52,559 nt of DNA from a virus (taxonomy: Duplodnaviria > Caudoviricetes). Positions 8,548 through 17,754 of the stretch are shown here, one piece after another. The position numbers and the translations under genes were made by a program. Position 1 is the first letter of the stretch. Every line of letters starts with the position of its first letter. The stretch covers positions 1-52,559 of the IMG/VR virus record IMGVR_UViG_3300032516_000038, one strand, 5' to 3'. The notes beneath the pieces are model-generated. The model saw nothing but the letters and a program-made list of their open reading frames with translations, ran no database searches and was not told the DNA's origin.

Positions 8548-8860
8548 TTCGTCTTTACCTCCTCTTTGTCCGTCTTGTCCCTGGCCAAGTCCGGTCTTGC
8601 AGCCTTACGCCGTAAGGCTTCCCTGCTCCTCCTCCTTTATCCTTCTTCCTGTCCATATTTATTTTCATTCACCTATCTAGCATGGGAAGGACCAGACCAG
8701 AGGACGGGAGCAGACACACACAACAGGAGCAGACCTGACCTAGCCATACGGCCAAACGACCCACCCCCTTGCACCCCGCAGGCTAGACGACGACAGCCAA
8801 TAATAACGAGTTGACTGGAGCTGATTTTCAAACTGTAAAAAGGATCCTTTTGGGATACCC

Positions 8861-8982
8861 TTAGATATGTCAAACCCCTATTTTTCAGAAAGCTTCGTGA
8901 TAAGACCCCTTCGACATGTCGAAATGTAACCAAACCTTGAGTTTTTAGGAGTTTAGGTTTAATACCCCTTAGATATGTCGAA
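8861..8982. promoter_or_regulatory. Three copies of a 14-bp pseudo-palindromic site TTNGAYATGTCNAA upstream of terS
   Basis: 8861 TTAGATATGTCAAA, 8910 TTCGACATGTCGAA (perfect palindrome) and 8969 TTAGATATGTCGAA; each is preceded by ACCC(C). Confidence 0.7.
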
Positions 8983-9028
8983 CTTGGACAGGTATAATGA
9001 CGAGTTTCAACCAATTTAGGAGAAAAGG

Positions 9029-9057
9029 TTGACGAGTTTTCAGTTATAATGTATAGT
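9029..9057 (+). promoter_or_regulatory. Candidate promoter for the packaging/structural operon
   Basis: TTGACG-17 nt-TATAGT; further TATAAT hexamers at 8993 and 9045. Confidence 0.5.
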
Positions 9058-9126
9058 TAGGGCACAGAGGCTTATGGTTTTTGGGCTCACAACCTGAAAA
9101 CCGAGCCTCTTTCCTGTGGAAAGGAG

Positions 9127-9609
9127 GTGAACTCGGAGATGCCTGCCTACTCAAAACTATCTCCTGAGGATGCAGCGGCCAAGAAATTCCGTTCCTCAAG
9201 TGGGCCCGGCAAGAAGCTTCAGAAACGTGAGCGCCTCGCCGCCATGAACCACTTCCTCCGGGCTTACGCTACCACAGGTTTACGTTACAAGGCGTCCCAC
9301 GAGGCTGGTGTTTCCTCTAAGACGATCCGTGACTGGGAGGTTAAGTACCCGAACTTCGCCGACAGGGTCCAAGACTGTGAGCTTATCTTTATTGAGGGGA
9401 TGGAAGTTATTGGGATCAGACGCGCCAAGAGAAAGTCTGATGCCCTCATGATTACTTTTCTCAAAGCTTACCATCCCAAGAAGTATAACCCGAAGCTTGA
9501 GGCAAAACTAGACGTAGGTGCGGCCTCAGTAACCGTAATCTTCTCTCCTGACGAGCTCTCAGACAGAGACACGGAGGCCTCAACTCGTGCCCCTAAGCCA
9601 AAGAGTTAA
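9127..9609 (+). CDS. terS: Terminase small subunit
   Basis: HTH (KASHEAGVSSKTIRDW) and SDALMITFLKAYHPKKY motif; directly upstream of and overlapping terL. Confidence 0.8.
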   Translation: MNSEMPAYSKLSPEDAAAKKFRSSSGPGKKLQKRERLAAMNHFLRAYATTGLRYKASHEAGVSSKTIRDWEVKYPNFADRVQDCELIFIEGMEVIGIRRAKRKSDALMITFLKAYHPKKYNPKLEAKLDVGAASVTVIFSPDELSDRDTEASTRAPKPKS

Positions 9610-11029
9610 GATAATCGGCCAAGGATACAAGCCTCTGGAGTGGCAGAGGAAGTTTCATCAGTCCAAGGCCCGGTTTAGAGCCGTAATCGGCGGCTTTGGC
9701 TGTGGAAAGACCCATCTAGGAGCTCGGGAAGCTCTAAAGATCACTCAATTATATCCCGGAAGCTACGGTTTGATAGGTAGATTGACTTCCACAGCTCTAA
9801 AAGACACAACCCAGAAGAAATTCTTCGAGGTCTTCCCGGCTGAGTTGATCCACCATTGGAATAAAACTGAAAACCACCTGTGGGTCAAGACAGGGGTCCC
9901 CGGCTTGTATTCTGAGATCGTCTTCCGTCACCTAGACGATCCTGGACAGTTCGGTTCGGCCGATCTTGACTGGTTCTGGATAGATGAAGCCCATGAACCT
10001 GATGGTTCAGAGGTCCCTGAGGATGTGTGGACTACACTGCAAGCTCGTATCCAACGTGGTAGTAGGGGCCCCTATGTTGGCTGGGTTACAAGCAACTCTG
10101 GAGGCAAGGACTGGATCTACAACTGGTTCTTTGATAACGAAGCCAAGATTGACCCTGACGAGTATTGGGGCATCACGGTTAGGAGTGAAGAGAATGCCCA
10201 GCACCTGGAACCCGGTTATCTCGAACGTCTCAACAAATTCCCCAAAGCCTGGGTGGCAAGGTTCCTGCACGCTTCTTTCGACGCATTTGAAGGTCAGATC
10301 TACACCCATTTCGACGAAAAAGTCCACGTAATTGACCGCCTTGCCCTACCTGAAGGCTGGAGGTTGTGGCCTGGAGAGGCCGGCTTCGACTTTGGTATCG
10401 CATCTCCTACTGTCGTAGCCTACTCACGGATTTCACCTGACGGTAGGATATACATAGTAGACGAGTTTTACGAGGCTGAAGCTAACGTAGCTAAAGTTGT
10501 GGCCCACATGCGTACCCGTGGGTACAGACGAGTCTGGGCCGACCCATCTACCAGACAAAGGGCCCTATCCCAGAGTGCGAATGGACAGGTCATCAAACTT
10601 ACTGTGGCAGACCACTTCGCTCGGTTCGGAGTTTCTCTGGACCCTGCACATAATGACTTGTCAGATGGTATAACAGCAGTTACGCAGGCGTTAATCCTTG
10701 ACCATACAGGCAAGCCGAAGTTGTATATTACTGATAATTGCACTAGACTAATTAAAAGTATCTCAAACTATCGCTGGATGGCCAGCAAGCCTGGCGAAGA
10801 GTTTAATGAAAAGCCATCTAAGAAGGACAACCATGGGGCTGATGCCATCCGTTATGTAGTAATATCTCAGCCTCTGTATCGTAGATTGAACCCGCTTCGT
10901 CCCGTTAGAAAGACAAAGGTATCTGGGTGGGATCCTGACAAAATGCATCCGAGTTATCTAGAAGATCTGGATGCAGAGAAGAACCCTGACCTTAAAGATT
11001 ACTTCATGGGAGTGAGTGATGACTGGTGA
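9587..11029 (+). CDS. terL: Terminase large subunit
   Basis: Walker A GGFGCGKT, Walker B WFWIDEA, nuclease motifs GFDFG and NHGADAIRY. Confidence 0.95.
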   Translation: MPLSQRVKIIGQGYKPLEWQRKFHQSKARFRAVIGGFGCGKTHLGAREALKITQLYPGSYGLIGRLTSTALKDTTQKKFFEVFPAELIHHWNKTENHLWVKTGVPGLYSEIVFRHLDDPGQFGSADLDWFWIDEAHEPDGSEVPEDVWTTLQARIQRGSRGPYVGWVTSNSGGKDWIYNWFFDNEAKIDPDEYWGITVRSEENAQHLEPGYLERLNKFPKAWVARFLHASFDAFEGQIYTHFDEKVHVIDRLALPEGWRLWPGEAGFDFGIASPTVVAYSRISPDGRIYIVDEFYEAEANVAKVVAHMRTRGYRRVWADPSTRQRALSQSANGQVIKLTVADHFARFGVSLDPAHNDLSDGITAVTQALILDHTGKPKLYITDNCTRLIKSISNYRWMASKPGEEFNEKPSKKDNHGADAIRYVVISQPLYRRLNPLRPVRKTKVSGWDPDKMHPSYLEDLDAEKNPDLKDYFMGVSDDW

Positions 11030-11277
11030 CGATGATAGTAAACCTTATCTTTATGTTCGCAGGCGCCATCTTAGTCCTGTGGGGATTCGATCGCGGGAGA
11101 GCAACTAACAGGGATGCTAAAGCTTTGCAAGAAGTAGCTTGGCCGTTTAGGAATAGGGATCGCGGTAAGTCGAGCTGGGACCCGACAGTAGAAACTCGTC
11201 CTATCGTTCCGAGGAGAGGCGAGGTACCAAAGGAAACACCTAATCCAGCAGACATTGGAATCCACGAGGAGTTTTAA
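11026..11277 (+). CDS. Small protein with N-terminal TM helix
   Basis: Hydrophobic N-terminus; coupled between terL and the portal. Confidence 0.65.
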   Translation: MTMIVNLIFMFAGAILVLWGFDRGRATNRDAKALQEVAWPFRNRDRGKSSWDPTVETRPIVPRRGEVPKETPNPADIGIHEEF

Positions 11278-11279
11278 CT

Positions 11280-13145
11280 ATGGCCTTCACCAAAGCAGAA
11301 GACTTCATAGAAGCCTACAAGGCATCCTGGGAACACAAGGAGTCTTTAGGCTTACATACGCAATGGCCCAGGGATGACAAATACTACAGAGGTATGATGA
11401 ATCCCTCTGAGGATGCGGACGACCCAGGGTCTAACACCAACATAATCCATCCCGCCATCGAAGGCCAGATAGCCGACCTCGTGGCCAACGGGCTTGACTT
11501 CGTGATGTCTGGCGAGGAACCTAGTGATCAACTCTTCTCGGGTACTATCTCAGATATAGTTCACTGGGTCCTTGACAAGAACAACATGCCTATCAAGCTC
11601 GACCGTTTCGAGCGCAGTAGGTTGAAGTTTGGGACCGCCGCTTGGAAAGTCTTCTACAACCCTTATGCTCTAGGTGGTCTAGGCAACATAGAAGTTCTTC
11701 CCCTCAATCCAGCCTACACTTTCTGGGATCCTAGAGTGTCAAGCATTGATGGTGTTCAGGATGGTGAGTTCGTCTTCGTCGCTACAAACCGCAGTCATGA
11801 GTACGTCAAGAGGCGGTTTGGGGTAGATCTTCAGGAAACGATGGGTGATGATAGCTACAATCCTCGGTTCTTCCAAGACGAGAACATGGGAGCTCTTAAT
11901 AACTGGATGAAGAGATCTTGTTTAATCTTGGAGTGCTGGGTCCGAGACGAAGATGGTGGCTTGAGGATCGCCCACGTTATGGCTGGAAAGAAACCTATGA
12001 TCCTCCGTGACACTCAGGAGATCTACCGTAAGAAAGCCACAACGTCAGAAGGCAAGAAGAAAAGAAGAAAGATCTATAAGTATGGACAGTTTCCACTCAT
12101 CCCTGTTCCCTGTTACTTCCGTGAAGGAGTCCTGTGGGGAGATGGGGACCCACACTTCCTGGAGCCGTCACAAGATCTCATCAATGACCTGGACGACCAG
12201 ATCCTAAGAAATGCCAGGCTCATGGGTAACTTGCAGATTGTGGTCAATAGGGCCTCTGGGATTAACTTGAAACTGTGGACTCCTACACCGGGGCTCATGA
12301 TCCCAGCTGCCAACCACGACGCATGGAGGCAGGTTCTTCCGCCTAACATGCCTTCCTACATCCTGAACCGTAGGAACGACGCTTTCCGTGAAGTGGAGAT
12401 GATTAGTAGCAGGCCGGACGTATTGCAGGGAAGACAGTCAGGGAGCGTTAGGGCCGCCTCTGCTATTATCGCCATGCAGGAGAGAGGTCTTGTCAAGTCC
12501 AACCACAAGAGATTGATGATGGAAGCCTCTTTCAACCTAGTAGTTGAACGGATCATCGAGCAGGTTAAAGAGTTCTTCGATGAAGAGAGAGCATTTCGTA
12601 TCCGCGGGGTCATAGATGACGGTACCCTGCATCGTTGGTTCAAGGGCACAGATCTCAGAAAGATACCGAGACACACTCCTTCCGTGAACGGGGATGGTAG
12701 TCTAGTTCCATTGATGGAGAATGGTAAGCCGGTAACTAAAGATGCCATGTTTGATATTCATGTCTCTGTAGGATCAGGGCTTCCAAGTAACAAGGCTTTC
12801 TTGTATCAAAGCCTAATAGAACTTACCGGCTCTATCATAACACCAGTAGAAGCCCGCGACATCCTGAGGAACCATATCAAGTGGCCCCTTCCCCTCAAGA
12901 GTGCAGAGCAGCTTCAGGCTGAGATGCAGAATGCTCAGAAGCCTCAGATGCCTCTGCCTCCACAGGAACAGGCTCCACAGCAGGGTATGCCACAGGGTCC
13001 GCCGCAGGGAGCGGCACCTGACTACAACCTACTATTTAGTAGTCTAGGTCCCGACTTCATGGGTAAACTAATGGCCATGTTGGGCGGGCAGTCAGGTGGG
13101 ACTCCTGGTGGGATGAACTCAGGGCTATCAGGCGTTACAGCTTAG
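11280..13145 (+). CDS. Portal protein (P22/podovirus-like)
   Basis: 621 aa following terL. N-terminal NIIHPAIEGQIA, FWDP, QDLINDL and SASAIIAMQE-like segments, plus a P/Q-rich tail. Confidence 0.85.
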   Translation: MAFTKAEDFIEAYKASWEHKESLGLHTQWPRDDKYYRGMMNPSEDADDPGSNTNIIHPAIEGQIADLVANGLDFVMSGEEPSDQLFSGTISDIVHWVLDKNNMPIKLDRFERSRLKFGTAAWKVFYNPYALGGLGNIEVLPLNPAYTFWDPRVSSIDGVQDGEFVFVATNRSHEYVKRRFGVDLQETMGDDSYNPRFFQDENMGALNNWMKRSCLILECWVRDEDGGLRIAHVMAGKKPMILRDTQEIYRKKATTSEGKKKRRKIYKYGQFPLIPVPCYFREGVLWGDGDPHFLEPSQDLINDLDDQILRNARLMGNLQIVVNRASGINLKLWTPTPGLMIPAANHDAWRQVLPPNMPSYILNRRNDAFREVEMISSRPDVLQGRQSGSVRAASAIIAMQERGLVKSNHKRLMMEASFNLVVERIIEQVKEFFDEERAFRIRGVIDDGTLHRWFKGTDLRKIPRHTPSVNGDGSLVPLMENGKPVTKDAMFDIHVSVGSGLPSNKAFLYQSLIELTGSIITPVEARDILRNHIKWPLPLKSAEQLQAEMQNAQKPQMPLPPQEQAPQQGMPQGPPQGAAPDYNLLFSSLGPDFMGKLMAMLGGQSGGTPGGMNSGLSGVTA

Positions 13146-13157
13146 GAGGAGTTACTA

Positions 13158-13484
13158 GTGCTCGCACCAGTAAAGATAACCGATATTCTGGAGATCACAG
13201 GTCCCTTACAGAAACCGCATGTAGGTCGCCAACTACTTTATGCGGCCAAGACTATCAATCCTAAGTATGTCAAGCACGCATTGAAATCTCATCTCTTGCA
13301 TCATGGGGATGTGTATGACAGGGTAATCTACTCTCCTACATGCCGGGCGTGTGAGAGAGTTGCTGTCGGAGATGTTAGGCTTAATGAACCTAAAGGCATG
13401 GTCACCTGCCCTATCTGTGGATATCACGGGGCACCGGGACCTCCGGTTTCTATGACGGCTTTAGGACTTAATCTACCAAGGTAA
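13158..13484 (+). CDS. Zinc-ribbon protein
   Basis: CRAC...CPICG; GGAGGAG RBS. Confidence 0.65.
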   Translation: MLAPVKITDILEITGPLQKPHVGRQLLYAAKTINPKYVKHALKSHLLHHGDVYDRVIYSPTCRACERVAVGDVRLNEPKGMVTCPICGYHGAPGPPVSMTALGLNLPR

Positions 13485-13492
13485 TCCCCTCT

Positions 13493-13552
13493 GCGGGTAG
13501 GACAAACCCGCTGACAACGCGGAAAGGCGCGATCTCGTCGGTAGTGCCGACG
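13493..13552 (+). promoter_or_regulatory. Structured 5' leader of the scaffold gene
   Basis: Hairpins GCGGGT/ACCCGC and CGTCGG/CCGACG, with a possible GAAA-loop hairpin between them, just before the AAGGAG RBS. Confidence 0.5.
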
Positions 13553-13573
13553 TAAAAAAAGGAGCTGAGACTA

Positions 13574-14317
13574 ATGGGCGACGAAGTTGTTGGGGGCCCA
13601 GGAGGAGTGGGTGGAGGGGGCGCTGCAGGGGGTAGCCCCGCCCCAGGTATCAGAGGTACGGATTACTTCCTCAAAGAAGATGTTGAGGGTATCGTTCGTG
13701 GCCGAGTGGGTGCGGATGAGGATTACACCCAGCTGGGGCGGAAGTTGATTGCTATGGCTCCAGGAATGGATGTGAAAGCAGCTCTAAAGCAGATGGACGA
13801 GGCAGACCAGAAACGTGATCTCACAAATAGATCCAGTCAGACTGGTATCCCTCTTAATCTTCTAGAAGAGTTCTCTGCGAGGGATGTCAGGATTAGTGAG
13901 AGCACGAGGTCTACAAGAGAGATTGACCACCGTACCACTGCCCTAGAGCTAAGGGATGATCCTCTATATGCTTCACTAAAAGATCCTCAGGTCTTGAGTG
14001 AAGTAATCCGAGAGGCGAACCGAGGCGGTTCCAGCTTGAGAGAGGCTTTCATGTTGAGCCAGGGAGAGAAAACCCTGCGCCAACTCCAAGCTGATATGCC
14101 TAGACTCATTGAGGCTAAAGTCCAGGAAAGGATGAACCTAGGCGGCATAGAAGGAGCTGGGGGAGAACTCCCAGCTGCTACTGTGACCCTGACAGCAACA
14201 CAAAAGAGTGCTGCTGGCTTCCTGGGCATGAGTGAAGGCGATTACATGAGGTATTCTAAAATCACGAACATCGAACAACACCAGGCTTTCATTGAGTCTC
14301 AGAAGGATAAGAAGTAA
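13574..14317 (+). CDS. Capsid scaffolding protein
   Basis: Position between portal and capsid genes; helical; C-terminal LTATQKSAAGFLGMSEGDY scaffold-type motif. Confidence 0.75.
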   Translation: MGDEVVGGPGGVGGGGAAGGSPAPGIRGTDYFLKEDVEGIVRGRVGADEDYTQLGRKLIAMAPGMDVKAALKQMDEADQKRDLTNRSSQTGIPLNLLEEFSARDVRISESTRSTREIDHRTTALELRDDPLYASLKDPQVLSEVIREANRGGSSLREAFMLSQGEKTLRQLQADMPRLIEAKVQERMNLGGIEGAGGELPAATVTLTATQKSAAGFLGMSEGDYMRYSKITNIEQHQAFIESQKDKK

Positions 14318-14332
14318 AGGAGGTGAAACACA

Positions 14333-14791
14333 GTGGCTGGATGGATGTATCGCAAGGCAAGAGGTAGAGTAGGGAGCGATCCCTCCGGCGAGTTCGTGCC
14401 CATCAATATCAACCAGACTATCGTTAAAGGTGATATAGTAGTCATCTCTGCCGGTATGGGTTCTAAAGCTGCGAACGCTCCTGGTTCTGGCACTATCATG
14501 GGGATCGCCTGCTCTGGTCTTGTTGTTGGTGGTACTCGCGATGCCGACGACAGGATTCAGGTGATCTATGCTGGTGGTGTCGAGTGGGAGGTCCCTGTCT
14601 GGCAGGGAGGCACTAAGAAAACCTTCGCTGCTACAGACATAGGGTCTGCGTTTGATATCAAGGCTGATACCCACTCCATCGATCCTGATACTACGTCCGC
14701 GTCCATGATCCTCGTGGGCTACGACAACACAAATAAGACAGCTCGTGTAGTGATTAAGGAAAGCGCCATAGCCCTCGGGCTAACAGGCTAA
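14333..14791 (+). CDS. Capsid cement/decoration protein
   Basis: Beta-rich with IVKGDIV motif; immediately upstream of the MCP. Confidence 0.65.
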   Translation: MAGWMYRKARGRVGSDPSGEFVPININQTIVKGDIVVISAGMGSKAANAPGSGTIMGIACSGLVVGGTRDADDRIQVIYAGGVEWEVPVWQGGTKKTFAATDIGSAFDIKADTHSIDPDTTSASMILVGYDNTNKTARVVIKESAIALGLTG

Positions 14792-14819
14792 CCTAGCAAC
14801 TAATGGGAGGTGAACACTA

Positions 14820-15737
14820 ATGGCAACCAATCCATTTATGACGAGTGAGAACTTCACAGAGCTGTTCGATCCCAAGTGGAACCAGATCTTCTTCATGACT
14901 TGGGCTTTGCTTCCCGAACAGTATAAGTCGTTCTGCACCGTCAAGAAGTCTGGCAAATACGCTGAGTACGATCACCACGTGGCTGATCTCGGTCAATGGG
15001 AAGAGAAGGCTCCATTGGCTGGGGTTAAGTATGAGGCTATCAACATGGGTATGCCTGTCACGTATCTCCACAAGGCATACGGCATGGGTGCTCAGGTCGA
15101 GAGAGAACTTGTCGATGACGCTATGTATGATGTGATCGGCAAGCTGCCGAAGGCCATGGCTCGTGGAGCTCAGGTCACGGTTGAAATAATCGCGGCTGAC
15201 GTGCTCAACCTAGCTTTCAGTCGCCTTGGGTATGACGGAGTACCTCTCTGCTCTGCTTCCCATCCGCTCTATGGAAACCTCGGCGGAACTGCTAGTAACC
15301 GTCTCACCGAGGAGTTGAGTCTCACCGGGCTGAAGAGTGCTATCAGTCTCGGCAGGGCTCAGGTCTCTGATGCGGGCCTTAAGGAGAGTGCCTTCCGTGG
15401 TCAGGTGGATCTCTACTTCCCCACCGGCCTAGAGTGGAAGGTTCTTGAGATGCTGGACACTCCCACCACCCCGTGGTCGAACGAGAACACGAAGAACGTA
15501 GTGGCTGGTAAGGTCCGTAACAGATACCCGCTTGACTACCTCACAGACGCAACCAACTGGTTCATCAAGGACACAGGTGCTATGGATGACACCATCGTGT
15601 TTTGGTGGAGGATACCTGTGGAGTCGAAGAAGACCCAGATCTTCGACGTGGGAACTTACAAGTGGGCTGGGTACGAAAGGTTCGGCGTTGGCCACTCTAA
15701 CTGGCGTGGCTGGGTTGGATCAGAGGTTGCTGGGTAG
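14820..15737 (+). CDS. Major capsid protein (Mu gpT-like, HK97 fold)
   Basis: YGMGAQVERELVDD, GYDGVPLCSASHP and RFGVGHSNWRG motifs; 305 aa. Confidence 0.85.
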   Translation: MATNPFMTSENFTELFDPKWNQIFFMTWALLPEQYKSFCTVKKSGKYAEYDHHVADLGQWEEKAPLAGVKYEAINMGMPVTYLHKAYGMGAQVERELVDDAMYDVIGKLPKAMARGAQVTVEIIAADVLNLAFSRLGYDGVPLCSASHPLYGNLGGTASNRLTEELSLTGLKSAISLGRAQVSDAGLKESAFRGQVDLYFPTGLEWKVLEMLDTPTTPWSNENTKNVVAGKVRNRYPLDYLTDATNWFIKDTGAMDDTIVFWWRIPVESKKTQIFDVGTYKWAGYERFGVGHSNWRGWVGSEVAG

Positions 15738-15751
15738 TTATCTCGGGGCCG

Positions 15752-15779
15752 GGGGCTAGGGCCTAAAAACTCTAGCCCC
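15752..15779 (+). terminator. Hairpin after the MCP (terminator or stabiliser)
   Basis: GGGGCTAGGG/CTCTAGCCCC stem with a weak U-tail. Confidence 0.45.
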
Positions 15780-15806
15780 TCCCTCTCAGGAAGGATGTGA
15801 TAACAA

Positions 15807-16679
15807 GTGGGTACTGATGCTCTATTCTCCAGGACTCAGAAGATCGTCAGTCAACATGGTCTGTGGGTAGGAGAACAAGACCATGAAGTAATGATTGTGG
15901 GACCTGACGGTGAACTCTACATCACCAACATAACATCTCTTCCTGTCCGGGTTGCGCCAGAGTCCGGTGTTAACTACCGTGGCTGGCACATAGACGGGCA
16001 AGATCTGTTCTTCATTGGTGGTGCTGGGACCAAGGGTCGGTTTATAGACATCGAGGCTGAGAGACCAGAAGGAGCTGATACTTCTGGTGACTGCTACGAT
16101 GATCTACTGAAACTAGCAGCCATAAACTCCTCGGAGTCAGTAGGGTATATTCTAAGGGCCCTCAACGGGAAGGTTACTAACTATGGTCTGCTAGGCATGA
16201 TTGAACACAACCTAGGTGTAAACAACAAGGGTGGTTCTACCGCTGCAACCGTCCGAGTTCTAACTCTTACAGCAGAGAACTATGGAACGGTCACTGATGA
16301 GTTCAGTGGACTAGACCTTGTTCTCAAAAACGAAGGCGCGGTAGCAACCCTCGAGTTCGGTATGCGGCTCCGTAACCTGAACGCCTCGCTAGGAACTTTC
16401 ATAACTTCAGGTTATGTGGTCGGAGATTCTGGAGCCAACATCGGCTGGGGTTACCCGTTCGACTGTAATGGTGCCACGGTTCAGAAGGCTGACTTCCGTG
16501 GCTCAACCGGCAACAGCTTCAAGTGGGCTGCTGCTGCGCCTAGTGGTACCGTCGCGGCACTACAGGGTGATATAGTTTACAATACTGGAGGAGCTTCTGG
16601 AGGATCCCCAGGCTGGCAGTGCACCACGGCTGGGACTCCCGGAACATGGAGGGCGTTGGCAGTCAATGCCTCGTCTTAG
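15807..16679 (+). CDS. Virion fibre/spike-like protein
   Basis: Gly/Asn/Thr-rich beta repeats; C-terminal GDIVYN..GWQCTTAGTPGTW motif of the kind found at fibre/tailspike ends. Confidence 0.55.
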   Translation: MGTDALFSRTQKIVSQHGLWVGEQDHEVMIVGPDGELYITNITSLPVRVAPESGVNYRGWHIDGQDLFFIGGAGTKGRFIDIEAERPEGADTSGDCYDDLLKLAAINSSESVGYILRALNGKVTNYGLLGMIEHNLGVNNKGGSTAATVRVLTLTAENYGTVTDEFSGLDLVLKNEGAVATLEFGMRLRNLNASLGTFITSGYVVGDSGANIGWGYPFDCNGATVQKADFRGSTGNSFKWAAAAPSGTVAALQGDIVYNTGGASGGSPGWQCTTAGTPGTWRALAVNASS

Positions 16680-16686
16680 CAAGGAG

Positions 16687-16845
16687 ATGATTCAAGCACG
16701 AATTGCGGCCCTCTCTCAAGAGCATCAAGTCGTCCTATCCCGCCTCAATTTCGTGACGGGGGCCATCCAGGAGAGTAATCGGTGGCTGATAGAGCTAGAG
16801 AAGAAGGAACCTAAGAAAGAGCCTGAAGAGACACCTAGCAGTTAA
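16687..16845 (+). CDS. Small coiled-coil protein, possible fibre chaperone (52 aa)
   Basis: Manual translation MIQARIAALSQEHQVVLSRLNFVTGAIQE...; AAGGAG RBS. Confidence 0.55.
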   Translation: MIQARIAALSQEHQVVLSRLNFVTGAIQESNRWLIELEKKEPKKEPEETPSS

Positions 16846-16849
16846 CCAG

Positions 16850-16888
16850 GGGGAGAGAGGTTGGGATGACGACCTGGCCTCTCTCCTT
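16850..16888 (+). terminator. Terminator-like hairpin
   Basis: GGAGAGAGGTTGGG/CCTGGCCTCTCTCC stem followed by TTT. Confidence 0.55.
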
Positions 16889-16905
16889 TAGGAAGGAGTG
16901 ACACT

Positions 16906-17241
16906 ATGATAGAGAGTATTCTCCAAGACAGAGAAGTTGTCAACTCTATACTCACAGTATCTACAAGTGGAGCTGCCGCGGTATTTGATATACACGCACT
17001 CGCAGACCACGTCGTGGTAATCCACTCAATCTCCTGCGGAGAAGTAGATGTAGGCACAGTTGCACAGACTCTAATCCAGATAGGAGAGGATACAGGTTTG
17101 GTTTCTGCGGGTAGGTTCAATAGTGGAGACAATCTTGGTGGAGTCTCTTTCCCTGTGAACACCAGGGTTCTTTTCACTACCACTCTTATATCTGGCAAGT
17201 TGGTTTGGCTCTGGGTGAGGTATTCTCTAAGGAGGGTTTAA
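16906..17241 (+). CDS. Virion structural protein (hypothetical)
   Basis: AAGGAG RBS; beta-rich; within the structural module. Confidence 0.6.
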   Translation: MIESILQDREVVNSILTVSTSGAAAVFDIHALADHVVVIHSISCGEVDVGTVAQTLIQIGEDTGLVSAGRFNSGDNLGGVSFPVNTRVLFTTTLISGKLVWLWVRYSLRRV

Positions 17242-17242
17242 T

Positions 17243-17443
17243 GTGAGTTTCAATCTCACAGGTAAGGTAAGTGTGACAGTTGAAGCTGTAAAGATTCTCA
17301 GAGATGGCACCCGGATAGACTTAGGTGTGATCTCTCGTAGCGAACAAGACCTCGGAAAAGAGGTGATTAGAATTGGTAGCCGCGATGGTACCGAACGCCG
17401 GGCTCACCGTAATCGCCGGAAGGATAAAGGGGACAGGGCTTGA
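17243..17443 (+). CDS. Small hypothetical protein
   Basis: AGGAGG RBS. Confidence 0.5.
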   Translation: MSFNLTGKVSVTVEAVKILRDGTRIDLGVISRSEQDLGKEVIRIGSRDGTERRAHRNRRKDKGDRA

Positions 17444-17750
17444 GCCACACCATATCGGCTGGGGTATAGGCACTACAGATCCTGCAGTTGGAAATAGCGG
17501 TCTAGAAAACGCTGCTGCTGAGGATCGTACTGAAGGTACTAGTTCTGTGGTGACTGTGACCACAGCCAGTGATACCTACCAGGTCACGGGTACTGTCACT
17601 ATAGTCACAGTTGGGAAGACCATTACAGAAGTTTGCTTGTTCAACGCGGCAACTGCTGGAGAGATATTGATAAGAGCTACTCATACACCCCAAGAATTAG
17701 GTGTGGGTGAGGGTATTGCATACACTATTAAAGTAACTGCTTTTAGGTAG
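17373..17750 (+). CDS. Virion structural protein (fibre-base-like domain)
   Basis: HIGWGIGTTDP...ITEVCLFNAATAG motif of the kind seen in tail-fibre N-terminal/baseplate-like domains. Confidence 0.6.
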   Translation: MVAAMVPNAGLTVIAGRIKGTGLEPHHIGWGIGTTDPAVGNSGLENAAAEDRTEGTSSVVTVTTASDTYQVTGTVTIVTVGKTITEVCLFNAATAGEILIRATHTPQELGVGEGIAYTIKVTAFR

Positions 17751-17754
17751 GCCC

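Noticed and set aside
8673-9014. 113-aa minus-strand ORF upstream of the leader genes
   Set aside because: No RBS; it overlaps the operator-like repeats and promoter elements.
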